From: Zancudomyces culisetae HAW-14-8
Taxonomy: Eukaryota > Fungi > Kickxellomycota
Reading direction: 5' to 3'
Assembly (NCBI GenBank): GCA_052426225.1
Contig: JBNJNM010000014.1
Coordinates: forward strand, 573,498 to 637,497
DNA length: 64,000 nucleotides
Each line of letters begins with the position of its first letter. The stretch's first letter is position 1. Below are positions 1 through 15,270 of this stretch, one piece after another. Below the pieces are notes generated by a model. It was not told the origin of the DNA. It worked only from the letters and a program-made list of their open reading frames with translations, and ran no database searches. The position numbers were made by a program, and so were the translations under genes.

Positions 1-1825
1 CTATTCAATGCCGTAATGAACCTCCCCCTTTGTCCTAGCCAGCTTAGCTGAAACGAAATTGGTTATGGGAATAGAATGGTTAAAAGCAGGGTTTAGTGTT
101 ACAAAAACACAAGTAATTTGTTAAGTGGGGGGGGGGTGTGGCGCCTTTTGTGTGCATCTTGGCTGGTATTTTGTATAGGTAAGTGGTTTACCCAATTATA
201 CGGTCGTTTTCATTAACCTGGTGCTGCTATCCAATGGCGTTGATAAACAAATATGTTGATTCGAATAAATTGCAAACAAATTACAACAAAACAAATACTA
301 TCTACTGGGCAAACTTGGCAAGTAAAAAAAAAAGCAAAGAGAAGGTTCCTGGCTTATTCAGCCAGCTGGGCCGATATTGAGTTGGCAATCGTTTTATAAT
401 GTGAAAGACTAGTTTAAGGTAAATAAGGTAACACGTAATTTAATAGGCGGTTAATATCAGGAAAAGAAAATTAGCGAGAAAGTTTACACCTTGCTCTTTG
501 CAAAAGGCTCAATTGAAAATCAAAAAGCGTTTGCATAAATTGCAGATATATTTTTGCAAAAATAAAGGTCAAATGGGTGTTGTGCACTTAAATTTTGGAA
601 CAGAATGCTTAAATTTGATTAGGTGAACAGTTGTAATTATGAAAAAAATTCATCAGTATATCATTAATGCAAAAGGATAGCTGAAAAAATAATAACACCA
701 AAAAGAGAACATAAAGGTTTTGTTTATCAGAAACAAATATTTAACTTATATCCCTTATAGAACCGATCACAATAGACCTATTTTGTTGTAACTTTACACG
801 GATTCTTATTTCAACAAAGAATTGATGTTTTCAACTAAACGACTTTTCATTAAATATCTATAATAAAGGAGTATACAGGTTTGGAAAGAAAAGAAAGAAC
901 GAAACAAGAAAAAGAAGGGTATTATAATAGCTGAAAGAACAACGACTCTAATGAGTGGGGGAGTATTTTAGAGTAAATTTAAAGTAATAAAAAAAAGAGG
1001 GAATAACTGTATTTTTAAATTGCAATTTGTAAATGAAATTTGGGCTAGTCACGGTCATAATCGCATGATATTGTAAATTCCAAGGCGCAAAAAAACACAA
1101 GAAAAGGTAACTTGAAAATTTAAACGTATATAACTTGGTGTATTAAAAAAAAAGGCTGGTGGTTGATACTAGATCAAATAGCAGGGATTGATATTACCAC
1201 TGGTATTAGGATGTATAGTTGGGTTATTGGTAGAGTTGATGGTGGAAAATACCTTTTTTTGTATTCTTTGATTAATTGTGAAATACTTCAAGTAGAAAAG
1301 ACAGATAAAAGTAATTCCTAAATAATTGAAATAATAGGACTCAGCTTTGAGGGTATAATATGAACGTGTGTTGTATAACCATACAGTAGACAAATAATAG
1401 TAAGTATATGTAAAAAGTATATTTAACAGCGATAACTGCAATGATATACAATGAAACCACACCCACCACAATTTTATAGTTCTAAAAAGATAACAGGGAT
1501 TGCATTATTTAATACCAGAGATAAACAAGAATTGTATTGAATAATAGAATATCTCTGGTAAAGCTAATTTGGGGAAAACCACACAGCATTTCACTTGACA
1601 GGTTCGATTGAATTCATATTTTCACGATGAGTTTTATTAAAAATCTAATAAAAAATAAAAAGAGCGAAGGTGGCCATTTAGAACGTAAGTATACTAGTTG
1701 AAATAGACAACTTGTAATTTATTATTACTTATAAATGGATATAAGTTAATGGTATTGGTGATTGATACTCATGTTTTGCATCAAATGAAATACAAATGAC
1801 AATAATGACTTTGGAAAATAAATAG

Positions 1826-4800
1826 ATCTTGAGCAGGAGCAAGATCTAAAAAGAAACATTTTCGGAAGGTTGGTGAGACCTACAAAGCATAAAAAAGGAG
1901 ATAAAACCAAGAATGCAGATGTGGGAGGAATAAAGTATAGTCATAGTACAACAGCTCTTTTGAGGTTAGCAGAGAGGGCAGAGGATAGTGATACAGATAA
2001 AGGTGCTCCAAGTGATATTAGGGGGGACAAAACCAACATTGTATCCAGTGCAAGTGTGAGGGTGGGTTCTAGTGGGAATGTTTTAGAGTTTAATAATCTA
2101 CGAGTAGATCTGGATGTATCAAAAATACACGAAATTGTAGATTTTGATAAACTAGCAGAAAATGAGGGGAAAAAAAGAAGTTTTAGCGAAAAAAAATATT
2201 CAAAAAATGGAACGCTGGTAGATGAAGATGTTGATGATTCACAACGGGTCACTTCGATTACAAGAAAGATGACTAGTAAAAGGAGACGAAGGAGGGCGCA
2301 AAGGTATGCAAGATATCAAAACAGAGGAAGAGGTCTAAGTGACACTGAGATAGTAGCCAGGCTTGAGAGTGAACACGAAAAAGAGTTTGAGGACAGAGAT
2401 GAGTATACGGGTGGAGGAGGAAAAAGGTATAGAATGTTCAGATCAGAAAGTAAGGATAGTAAAAGTCAAAGCATGGAGCGAATTTTTCGGCATGGTACTC
2501 TGTATCAGCCTGGAGGAGAGTCAGATTTTTCAGTACCTTGTGAGCGGAAAGGGAATGAAAATACACAACTAAAGGGGCTACAGGGATATACCATAAGAGA
2601 GAAAAAGTCATTCATTTTTGACGATGGAGTGAGGGCAAGTCAGCTACATTCAGAACAGAACAAAAAAAATGAACTGTCACACCACACCACAAAGAGGGAG
2701 AGTAATGTGGCGAAGAAAGATCAAGATCAGGCTATTTCTGAAAACCCTGAAGATAGCTCTCTAGAAGACGAACCCAAAATATGGGAGGCACCCGAATCAT
2801 GGGCACTTGTTTCTTTAGGCGCTGATAAGTCTAACATTGAGGAGCTCAGCGGGGATATTAGTCATCGAGACAGACTGCACTCGAAAAAGGGATCAAGCTT
2901 TCTTACAGATGATGGGAGAAATTATTTTTTAAGAGTTTATAATCCTTCAGACACTTTTGGTACATTTAGCTGCAAGCTGACTACAACAACATCAGAACTG
3001 AAGGCGATGGCTGGAAGAAAGTTTTTTATATCCGATATTTCACTGCACAGTTTAATGTTGCGTCGAGGAAACGGACTGGAAAGAATATTGGAGGAGGACG
3101 AGTGTCCTGCGCTGATAATGAAGCAACTATTATTGGAGTTAGGCTATTCCGATAGAGATAATCTACCGATTATGTTCAAAGATGATAATTCGTATTTGAT
3201 TAAGCTTAAAATAGTAAAGTCTGGAATACTAAAAGTTGATCTGGGGCCGGAAGAGGCTGGGAGAGAAGATGAGATAGATCTATCGGCAAAAAAATTGCAA
3301 ACAATTCCAGTACAATTGTTTACACAGGCGTCAATGTTATCTAAAATAAACATCTCATTGAACCCTGGGTTGATACTACCAAGAGATTTTTTGTCAAAAT
3401 GTACAAACTTGAAGGCAGTAAATGCTTCGTTTTGTAATTGTAAGAAGTTTCCAGAGTCGTTAAAGTATGCAAAACAGCTGGAGCAGCTTTGTTTAAGTGA
3501 TAACGAAATAGAAGATCTGATCGGAGTAGGGCTTGGAGGGTTTAAACTTTTATCAGTGTTAAACTTGAAAAACAACAGAATATTTGATGTTCCAGATTCA
3601 TTTATGCGACTAAAAAACTTGACAGTATTGGATCTGAGTAACAATGATTTTTCAGAGTTCCCTGAAGTTTTGGGAAAGTTGGTAAACTTGACAGAGTTAG
3701 ATTTGTCTTATAATCAAATCACAAGTATGTCACCGACAATTAGGAGATTGGTGAATCTTCAATATTTGAGTGTGAGTGCTAATGACATACAGGGAGAATT
3801 ACCAGCAGTAATGAATCGGTTGGTAAAACTGAGAGAATTTTACTGCGACTTTAATAAAATCACAGATATAAGCGCTGTGAGCGAGTTGAAGGGGTTAGAG
3901 GTTCTATCGTGTTCAAGAAATAAGCTAACAAGGCTGAAGTTGTCGTTGCCAAGTGCTAAATACTTAAATTTTGCATACAACTCAATATCCAAAATACAAA
4001 TACTTAACCCTGAAAGTGATTACAATGCGCTCGAAAATGGCGGATTTGGAGAAATATGTACTACCAACCAATTACAGAGACTTAATTTAAAATATAACAG
4101 GCTGACAGAGCTCAGAAGTGAGATGCTGGAGTGTTTGCCTATGCTGGAATATTTAGAACTGGAGTTTAACCATTTTGTAGCATTACCAAGATCGATTGGA
4201 CAGTTAAGACGATTGGAGGTTTTAAAAATATCCAACAACTATTTAACCACGCTTCCAAAGGAGATATCCGAGCTTTATAATCTAATATATTTGGATGCAC
4301 ACAAAAACGACATTAAGAATATTCCTGTAGAGATTTGGATGTTGGGTAGTTTATCTGAGCTCAATTTGTCATCAAATAGGATTCATGAGTTTCCACATCC
4401 TACTACATTAAATGACAGAAACAAGTCAAAGTACGAACAGAGTTCGGTAAGGGCAGCGATAGTTTCTAATGTGTTTGACGAGAGCATGTTACAATCTGGT
4501 AATAGGTTTAGGTTTGAGAGTAGACATTTAAGTACGGATGGGTTATTACAATCAGATAAATCACTAGGGTATAATTCATACGCCGAGGGTAGCAGCGGAG
4601 CTGGTCTAGGTATGGGGGGAGAGGAAGGAGGTTCAGGGTATTTTGACCAATCTAAGAAAGTAAGCCTTGATAATCCACCCCCTCTATCAAGTAGCTTGAA
4701 AATATTGTATTTGGCCAACAATCACTTTAGCGAGGATGTATTTTCAGCGTGTAGTTATTTTAAAGAGCTAAAAGTGCTTAATTTGTCGTATAATGATTTG

Positions 4801-7800
4801 TACGAAATTCCAATAATGTCAAAGTATGTGGGTTTAGAATATGAACAAAACACGGCACGTAACAGTAGAGTAGTCATGAGGAGAAGTGGTGGTGGGAGTA
4901 CTGACAGGAACGAAATGTCTGATTTATACCGATCCAATAACACCAGGAAGAAAAGCGAAAAGAATATAGACACATTGATGGAAAAGCTGGAAGAATTGTA
5001 TTTATCAGGTACTCAGATCTCCACGATTCCCGAAGAAACATTTACGGATAGCTGGAGAAGACTAAAAGTTTTGTATATTAACGGAAATAAGTTTCAATCA
5101 TTACCATCGTGGTTTGTTAAATTGACGAGGTTGGAGGTGTTGGATGCAAGTAGTAATGTTTTGAAATACAACATCGGAAACTGGCACTATGATTGGAATT
5201 GGAATTGGAATTTGAACCTGCAGGTGCTGAATTTCTCCTATAATACAAGATTTGAGATAGCCAAAGCAAAGAGTTTCGCAGTGAAAACGCAAAATTTTGT
5301 TGGAGACGGGTTTGATGGATATGATGCTATGTTACTCTCGTCAAACGGGCCATCGACGACATCAATCCTAAAGTCTCGTAGCAGAACTTCAAGCAGTGGA
5401 AGTAGTTATTTGACAATGATGCAATACGGAGTCAACGTCAACAACCCAAACCCAAACTTTACAGCTTACAATTACATAGGATATAGCAGTGGACATCCAG
5501 GACGCGAACTGGAGGAGCTGATGAAAAACGAAATTGTTTTGGGACCATATGTGACATCACCAAACGCAACAGATTCAATGCAAGATTTATCAAACTTTTT
5601 TAGACTTACCAAGCTCAAGACATTGGGACTATTAGAACTGACGGTGATGGTCCAATTGCCTGAAGATACTCCACTAAGAAGAGTTAGAATGACAGACAAG
5701 TTTAAAAGAGTTAATTATGGAATTGCAGATACTTTTACCATAAAGCCAAAATTAAACAAAAGACAGTCGTTAGGATATGGAAATTTGATTGAACAACCGT
5801 CTGGAAGCTATCTTTTGGGTGATAGTGTTGGTGGCGAGGTTGGAAATGAAGGCGAGCAAGCCATTGGGAGAAATGAGTCAAAACAAGATTTGACATATCT
5901 GGGCAAACAACAGAAGGATGAAAGCAGCGAAGGTGAAGTGGTAACAGTATTTCGTGATATGGTGTATGGAAAAGTTCGTAATTCGGATGAGGAAATGTTG
6001 TTTGGAATAGTCGGATCGCTTAATTGTACAAATGAATCGGTTGGAGGAGCAATCACAAAATATATTAGCGAAGCATTTCTGGTATTTTTTAAATATGAGT
6101 TGGATAAAATCGACGCCAATATAGATTCGAAAAGAAATAGTGCGATGAGTGGTGTTTGTAGTACTTCGTTCTCGTTAGTATCTGAGAAATCTGATGTAGG
6201 AAATGTTTCCAGTGCTAATGAGCATTACGAGCATCCTAACACTACTGGAATAGTTAGTACTACTACTGCTACCAACCCTAACACCACTGCGGCGACTACT
6301 ACTACTACTACACGTACTACCGCCACTACCGAATCTACTACTGTAGATAAAAAAGGCAGTAAAACACAATCGGGTTCTAAAAAACCGCGATCTTTGGTGG
6401 GAACCTTTTCAATCTTTGGTAGAAAAGAGCACAAACCCAGTGGAAATAGTAGCAGTAGTAGTAGTGCCAATGCTCACTTTGTCAATACTACTAACACAGT
6501 TGATGTTGATACTACTAATACTCCTGGAAAGAAAAGTAGTGCAGTGACAACGCAATCTAGCCACAAAATCGTTCGCAGAAGCAATCTTGCCTCCCAAGCT
6601 GTCTTTGGGGGTATTAGATTTGCTAGAGAGAGCTTTTCTGTGTTTGGTGGAAAAAGAAGATCGTCAGATACTAATAAATCAGTTGATTCTATAGAAAAAG
6701 AAGATGGTAATATAAATGCAGGCGGTGACGGTCGTGGTCGTGGTCGTGGTAGTGTTAGTGTTAGTGTTGGTGGTAGTGGTAGTGGTGGTAATTCCGCTAA
6801 AAGAAGGATATCAATATTTGGAATCAAGTCTATCAATAAACATGAAGCTCCTCCACCTGTTCGTCCAGAAATTACTGAGAGCAATTATGGTGGTGCCAAT
6901 GCCCATGCAAACCATATTATTGAAACAAGCGATTTCATCAAAAGACCAGTTTTGGACAAGCATTTGGAAGTCCAGGAGGTCTCTAATGCACTTAGGAGGA
7001 CGTTTTTAGAGTTAAATAAGAATTTGGGATCGCAAATATATAACTGGCGGTTTTCTAAACTCAGCGGCAACGATTCTGGGATTTCAAATGAAGATCAAAA
7101 TGGCATTACAGATAGGAAAGGATCGATAGCGGGTGATAATCCATTTGATGCTTCAGGGGGTGATACTTCAGATTCCAGACTTCCAGGGTCGGATATCCCC
7201 AACATTGATGAAGATGTCTTTTCCAGACGATTTAGTGGTGTGAGCTCAATCTATACTGCAGACCTTTTGCAACACCCAGTAATGCCATCAAAACTAACTG
7301 TAGGAAATAAGGAGTATAATTATGAGACTGATTTTGAGGAGGCGGCAATTATTCGCAAGCTGAAAGAATTGAGTTTTGAAAATAATTTATTCTCTGTTGA
7401 CGAAAATACAAAATCTGAAGATGAACAGCAACCACACCAAAAGCAGCAGTATTTTAATCCCTTCCTGGCAGGAGCTACAGCAGTGGTTGCATTTATTCAA
7501 CGACAGACATTGTATATTGCCAGCAATGGTGACTATACGTGTGTGCTGAGCAGAAAGGGGCAGCCAATAGTTATGGCATTCCGTCACAATTTACACCAGA
7601 CTGCTGAAATCAACCGCATCAAAAACGCAGGTGGATACATAATGCCTAGAGATATAGCGAATGTAGGAGTGGCGGCTGGAGCAGCAAAGGTAGTAGAAGG
7701 AGGTTGGTTTCGTCACAAACAGCAACCACCAGTGACTCGAGCATTTGGAAGCTTTGGACTGCAGCCATTCATAAGCCCTTCACCGACAATTCGATCTACT

Positions 7801-10800
7801 GTGCTTTCTACTGACGATGAATTTATAATTTTGGCAGACAAGAGTTTGTGGGACGTTATAAGTCCTGCAAATGCGATAGAAATAGCAAGTCGATACAGTC
7901 GTACCAGAAACCCCGAGCTGGCAGCAGCACGGCTAAGAGATTTGGCAATGTCATATGGGTTAAAGAACAACCTCATGGTAATGGTTATACAATTTAATCC
8001 TTTGTTTACTACCGAAGGCAAGTATTCGGGTGGCGATTTATCTAAATCTGTCCGAACTTCCATACTAAATCGTTCGAAAAAGTTGACTACGGATGGTGGT
8101 GCGGCAACTGTATCCGGTGTTGGAGTCGATGACTCTCGAAACTTTTTGTCTGTTGACGAAAATGGCGAATTGCCATACTCACCGACTCCATCTAATCCCC
8201 TATCGCCACAGCCGGTTATTTTGGAGGAAGAAAATATTGATCTTTTCGGATATCGTGAATTTGGTTGTTACTGTGATTGTTTTCCTGGAATTCTTGAAAC
8301 TATAGCCGAAGAAAGATTGATTCCTCCTGACAACAAGATGCAGGTTTTGCAGCAATTAAAAAAACAGCAGCAACAATATCAGCAGAAAAAGAATCAAAAT
8401 AACGCCCAAGATCTACATTCTCGCTCTCATACTCATACTCGTACCCACAACCATACCCATACGCACCCTCACGACCAACAAACTGAGCAGTATCCGTTCT
8501 ATGATACTGACTATTCACAATACCAGGGCCGAGGTAGACACCCGCTAGGATCTACTAGTAGCGCAATGGGATTAGACGATATCAATTCTGGAATCAATTC
8601 TTCCGCCACAAGTCTTAGTGTGCTGACTGGTGCAGCACTCTCGCTTGCTCGTGAGATCGAACCACCTATAGGCGAAGTTGCACTAGTGTTTACTGATGTA
8701 AAAAACTCGACTGCCCAGTGGGAAGCTCGTCCTGCTGCCATGCGCGAGACAATAAAAACTCACAATGCAATTATGCGACAATTATTAAGAGTTGTTGGAG
8801 GTTATGAAGTTAAGACGGAAGGCGATGCATTTATGGTCAGTTTTTCTACAGTTGCCAAAGCTCTTAATTGGTGCTTATTGGTTCAACTGGCATTAATTTC
8901 AGCTGAATGGCCATCTGAAGTCTTAGAGTCAGAGGATGGTAAGCCTATCTTTTTTCCGAAGGGTCAATTACCCTCAAATGTTACTTTGACTGATTTTATT
9001 CAATTCAATGATCGTATAATGGGAAATACGCCCACTGCTAACCAAATACCTGACAAGTACGATAACCAACAACAACAACAACAACAACAACACCTGCAGC
9101 GACAGCAATCTTTGGACGACTTAGAAACACCAATCGCTGATAGATCAAAAGCTGAAAAAAAAGAAGATCGTTTTGCTGGTTTCGATAAAACTACTATATA
9201 TAGAGGTCCTCGAATCCGAATGGGTGTTCACTTTGGCACTCCTGTGTGTGAAGAAGATCCAATTACTCATCGTATGGATTATTTTGGGCCAATGGTTAAC
9301 CGTTCGGCAAGAGTAAGCGGGGCTGCTGATGGTGGTCAGATCTTTGTTAGTCAGGATGTATTTAATGAGGTCGGTGCTATTTTACAGATTTTTGAGTCAG
9401 CACGACGTGAAAAAAACAACGATATGTCTAAATATATTCGAGATGCCCAGCTTGCGAGAGATGTACAACTATTATGGGATTTGGGGCTTTGTTCGACTGT
9501 TGTTGGAGAACGCAGACTGAAGGGTTTGGAAGAACCTGACTTTTTATACTGTGTTTATCCATTATCACTTGGTGGTAGACTTGTTTACGAACGACTATTG
9601 AAAGAAAAAGAACTTCAAAATAACGCCAAAAAGAAATCATCCAGACCTGCTGCAAATAAATCTCGAAAACCCATTTCTCCCACGGTTGAATCACCGAATG
9701 CTCTAAAACCCAAGTCTAAAAGCAGATATAGAAACAAACCAAAATTACAAACCTCTCAGACTCCAGCCATTAACACACTTACTCAAATGCATCCACGCGG
9801 GTATGAAAATGCTTTACAACCACTACTACCTGTAAATACCAACATCGACTCTATTGGCCTACAACCATCTGCTTCTATCAGTCCCTCAAACATAAACGTA
9901 AATACAAATATTAGTAGTATATTCACATCCGCCTCGTTAAATAACTTAGAACATGCGAACCGTGAGTACAAATCATTTAGCCCGGTAAATGATGGATCAA
10001 AATCATCAGCCTTTGACTCCCCAGATAGGTACAATAGTGAATCTAGTGTTGCTCCCAGACCTGTCAAATTGAAAAGATCAAAGACCACCATCTCTGGGGG
10101 TAGTGGTAACAATAACAATCGTAGTGGTAGTGGTGGTGGTGGTGGACATTATAGCAGACATCTTCACCATCCTTACAACCAGAGAAAGCTTGCTGGAAAC
10201 ATTCTTTCGTCTCCCAACTTTTACCGTGTTAAAAGACTTTCTTCAAGGTATTCAATCAGTACTCCGGATTTAAAAAATGATGAAAGCCAAGCTGCAAATT
10301 TACGAGATTCAAAAGAAAAGCCCAGAAAAGTATCCACACTTAAAAAGAGAATATCAGACGCTCATGCTGGTTTGAGCGATAGTGAAGCCTATAATGCTAA
10401 CCTCTATTCCCCGAATCCATCTGAGCTTGATATTTTTTCAACTAATCGCAGGCATTCTAAAAGAGGTGGTGAGAATTTTTGTAACTATTCATTGACTCCC
10501 TCTGATCCACCTGAGTTTTCGCTGCAAACTCGATCAACTACAATCGAGGCTCAAACCGAAACCGAAACTGAGACCGAAACTGAGACCGAAGCTAAAGGTA
10601 CTTCTAAAATACTACAGGAATTAGGTGATGCAAAAACTAGATCCAAATTTGATAAATCACTCAAGATTATACGGGAAGATAGCCTACCAAGGCCTTCAAT
10701 CATAGTCAAAGCTCCTACCGATTTTCATTCACTCTCTCGAAAACCTGTAACCCCTGCGGAAGTTAGTAACATTGAAACCGTATTAGACAACGCGCTAGCG

Positions 10801-12720
10801 ATGGATATAGAACAAAATATCAAAGAACTATCGGCTGTGGAGACAAAGAAAGAAAAGGCTCTTTCGTCTCAACCAACACCATCATCTAGCTATTATTCTG
10901 TAAACTCAATGATTTCTAGACCCTCAGGTGTTGCCTCTGGATCCCAAGCCATCAATGATAAGTCTGTTGGTGGTACTAAAAAACTGAAAATAACCGATAG
11001 TTACGATGATATTGATTATGTTGGAGAAAACGGAGTAAATGCGAATAAATTGTGTGATATTGATAGGAAGAGAAGACGAACAAGTAAAAACCCATTAGCC
11101 CTTTCTTCACTTCTTAACGCCCCATCCACTCAACCCGATAGCAGTGTCACTGGTAATGACGTTGATGGCAAAAATAATGACTTGATTACTCTAACCAACA
11201 GGCGTGGTTCTAAATACGACCTGAATGACAAAAATATTTCTAGTGAAGAATTTGACGAGTTGGGAAATCTATTTGAGCTTTCACCACAACAAAAGAAAGA
11301 GCAACAAACTAAATCTGCCAATACCAATGCTGAGCTTATGGCTAAGGCCGCGGATGGTTCTGATCTACTAGCGGGTATCAATAGCAGGAGGAATAGTGCC
11401 AAGCGCGCTAGTTTTCACGAACACGAACGACAGCTGCGTCATCGCAGATATCTTGAACGTTCATATAGCCAACATCTTCGTGATGGAAGGTTAGGTGTAA
11501 CAAATCTATCATCGTCAATATCTTCAGTCGTAAATGACAGTAGCAATTCTCTTGAACAAAAAAAACAACAACGAAGGCGATATATATTTGAAAATGAATA
11601 TATTACAATGGTGGGAACAGCGAAGAATAGGGGTTTGAGTCGCAGTTTTTCTTTTGACGACTTAGCTAGCCTTGACACTTCTTTTCATCGGTTTGGCTCC
11701 AAGTATGCCCATTCTTCAGATTTTGATACCGCTACTAATCTATCTTCCCCATCAAGGGCTCATGGTGACATTGTCGAGCACAGGCGACCATCTTCGTCTC
11801 TGGGCAGCACTAGTGAGGATTCAACGAAATTCTTAAAAAGTCGCAATGTGATTATGTTTAATATCGCGAACCACCAAAACCCATATGATGCCTATTTTGA
11901 ACAGATTGCAAGCTCCGCTCTACCACATCAGCTTCAGCTTCAGCAACAACAACAGCAACAAACAAATGCTTCCCAGCAGCGAAAGAGAAAACATGTAAGT
12001 GATGTATTAGGAATCAAATCGATGGCTTTATTTTCGCTGCTTAAGGATGACGCTGCCTTTAATTGCATACCAAAGCCTGCACATCTAGGTGAAGTAGATG
12101 TGGCTGAAATCGCTGTGATGGTTTCGGATAGTATTACTAAATATGCTGAAGATCCAGAGTCTGACTCTGTTTTATCACAGTTGGATGCAATAGAGTATTT
12201 GATGTCTGTATCCATGTATTTGGAGCGGCTTGCTTCTCATAAACTAAAGTGTAATTTGTTTAACTCTTCCAGTGATGTCTGGTGTCGATACCATCCGATA
12301 AAAGTGGATGATTTTTTAATGGGCTATCACGGGTTGATGTTGCCTAATATCACACCTGGACATAAGGTTGATCATGCAATTCCAGCCTCTTCAAATGCTG
12401 AAAACCCAGCTAAACCTGCCGCTGCTACTACAATCGCTACTACAACCGCTACTACAACCGCTACAACTGATGCAACTACTTCTACTAATGTTGATGTTGA
12501 TATTGGTATTGATCAGTGTGGAACACTGAATAAGGATGATCGTAAGCCTGAATCGACCAGCTTGGGCCCTTCTGTAAAAACTGGTGTGGAAGCCAATAAG
12601 GATATCAATCATTCCAATTTTTTTGTTAAAGAGAAAGCTGCTCAGACTACCTATCTAGTGCGAACTTTCGAGTCCATTCTTGATCGATTTGAAAATTGTA
12701 CTTTTATTTTGTTTACTTGA
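1826..12720 (+). CDS. CYR1: Fungal class III adenylate cyclase (Ras-association, LRR, PP2C-like and cyclase domains); main exon only, 5' exons unresolved
   Basis: 3616-aa ORF with the fungal AC domain order: RA-like region, many LRRs, YDWNWNWN motif, PP2C-like region (VTRAFG, DEFIILADKSLWD), and catalytic motifs VALVFTDVKNST, EVKTEGDAFM, RIRMGVH, MDYFGPMVNRSARVS. The ORF track starts at TTG, but the frame is open back to an AG acceptor near 1825, so upstream exons are likely. Confidence 0.95.
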
Positions 12721-13022
12721 TGACTGTTTCACTTTCGAAATCTGTACTATTACCAGCAAACTTAGGCCATTTGGGGGCTGATGTGTATTTGACTTTTATT
12801 TACTTTTATTTTTTATTTGTTGGGAGTGTTAAGATACGTTTAATAAAAAATGCTTAGTTATTCTGGTGATAACTGTACTATTCGACAATTTCCGAGTATT
12901 TACACGTTATAGGCGATATTCATTAATGTTTTGCTTTTATTTTAGAATCGGTAAAGACTTCAAATAAAAACCTAAAACAAATAAGTATATACATATGCAT
13001 GTGGATATGTATATGCATTTGT

Positions 13023-13412
13023 CTACATCAAAAAGTTTGTTGGGAATATCCATCTAGACGAATTGTCTTTCTTGTCTACCACTTTGTGAACAAAGGCAAC
13101 CTCAGAGATATATTCGGTGCGGAGAGGTCCGTAAATGTGTGGAAAATCCTCTACAACGTGATTACCATCAGAATCCACAAGGTTAACTTGTTCCCATTTA
13201 ACCTGGTCTCGAACGGCATGTAGATCTATCTTTAGCACAGTCACTTGACTATGAGCCTGAAAGTATCGAAGTAATGTGTTTTGGGTTTGCCTGGCTGTTG
13301 AAAGATGAATAAATCCATCCTTGGCATCGAGTTGGGATAATGGCTGTTCAGCAATTTGAAGATTGATGAGATTGGTATCCACGATTTTGTAGACAAGGTT
13401 TGGGTGTTCCAT
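13023..13412 (-). CDS. DUF952 family protein
   Basis: 129 aa with VYKI, D..DGFIHLST..Q and FPHIYGPL motifs typical of DUF952. Confidence 0.88.
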   Translation of the reverse strand: MEHPNLVYKIVDTNLINLQIAEQPLSQLDAKDGFIHLSTARQTQNTLLRYFQAHSQVTVLKIDLHAVRDQVKWEQVNLVDSDGNHVVEDFPHIYGPLRTEYISEVAFVHKVVDKKDNSSRWIFPTNFLM

Positions 13413-15119
13413 TTTCGTTGCTATATTTTTAGTTAAGTCGTGAAGTATGTGTTCTAACTATGTTTATTTTTTCTAAATTAGGAACAAGATGTTCTAGTGT
13501 ACAAGTTCGGTTTTGCAGCTTTAAAATATGGCGATATTCTGAAAATATAAATCACGGATTTTCGATTTTAAGACCTACGATGATACACTCTATCATTGGA
13601 CACAATTTGGCAAATGGAAATAAATAAGAAATGCAGTTTTTTTCAGATCTAGGCATTTATACAGTGGAAAAGGAGATGGGTATGCCATTCATTTTCTCGA
13701 TTGGATAGCACAACATCAAACCTCAAAATAATGCATTAAATAAGAAGATTTTTCTTCCAGCATTTGTAGCATGATAATGTAGTAGCTGAACAAATTCATG
13801 TTTTGTGTGACTTTTCTATCTCAACAGCAGGAAGGGCTATAAAGCTCTCAACCAACCTTGACTAGCTATCATTTTTCTGAGTTCAGATATTTTGTAGCAA
13901 ATAGAGTTTTCTGACTCAAGCTGTTAGTAAACGGATAAAAGTAATTTATAGTTAACAAGGCCGGGATAACGGGGTTAATAATAGTTGAGCAACTTAACCA
14001 ACCATTGTTTTAGTTGCAAATACTAGGGGTATTTGAACAAGTCTAAAAAAAGTTTATTGATAGTTTAACATGTACGAATAGGTAGTACATTGTTATACTC
14101 TGTCAAACTAATAAGGACAGCATAGCCATAGTGGAGCTGAATCCTTTTAATCAAATCCATTTCAATCCCCTAGACCTTTGTAACAAGAAAAATGTTAGTC
14201 TTTGAAAATAATACACGTCTTTTAATATACGATTGTATTGGATTTTATTTTGTTTAGTATTTCAATAACGATAATGCACTTTTAAAGTGGAAACAATCAA
14301 AACAAAGTTTATGGTGATTAAACCTAGGTTATACTGCCATAAAAACAAATTAACTCTAGTGAAATAATTTTGCTACAGGAAATGTGCCAACAATTCTCTC
14401 AGAAAAGTATGATCATTGTTACTTTTGAATCCTGTTAATAGTAATCAGTAGAAATATTTCGATAATACTATCGTACTCCTTTTACCTCTAATAAGTAAAA
14501 AAATATTCTAGTGTGCTATAAAAAATATAGAACCTGGACACCTCGTAATATGAATATGATTATGATTATTTGCCAACAAATAGATTTGCTGAGGTATACT
14601 AGAAACAATGCGAATGCGAATACGAATATTACATTTCCAACCTTGCTTCATAACACTGTATTTTGTATAATTTCAGACAACTCTATTCACGCTGAGAAAA
14701 AGTAGAAAAGTTAAATATTTTCCTCGGAATTTTAAGGGTCATCCTGTTTTATAAAATCTACTATCAGTTATAAAACCATGATGTTTTCTTGGTATCTATT
14801 GTAGCAGATATGTATTATTAACTATTATTATTATTGTTTTATATACTTGCGTTTTATCAGTTTTATTTCCTATAAGTACAGTTGAAGAACAGTACGCGTA
14901 TAGCTTTTATACTACTATAAAGTTTTACTTTATTTTCTCAGATTTTTTTTTTAAAGGCTTTAAACTTTAGCATAGAAAAAGTAAGTATTAGCTATAAATT
15001 TTACTTGATGGTTTTCTGTTGTATGTCAATTACACGAAAGAATTATTAGTAAATATAGGCTTTTGGATAACTATATATTTCGGCTCTTTTTAACATCAAC
15101 GTTGAAACAAAGATTAGAA

Positions 15120-15270
15120 CTAGTACTGTGTGACTGCACAAAGATAGCTGCAAATGGGAATATCAGCGTCACATTTTTAGCTCCTGCACGCTCAGGACTT
15201 TTAGTCATTTGTCGTGATTCTGGTACCCTTTGTTTCAGAGTTATTGCTCTCTCCATTCACCTCTGTGATC
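15120..15270 (-). pseudogene. Decayed Zn(II)2Cys6 transcription-factor fragment
   Basis: Minus strand reads KS*ACRS*KCDADIPICSY, a disrupted version of CxxCRxxKxKCDxxxPxCSxC. Confidence 0.4.

Noticed and set aside
1941-12612. Many short antisense and alternate-frame ORFs within the AC gene
   Set aside because: Shadows of a long ORF and its low-complexity repeats; no motifs.
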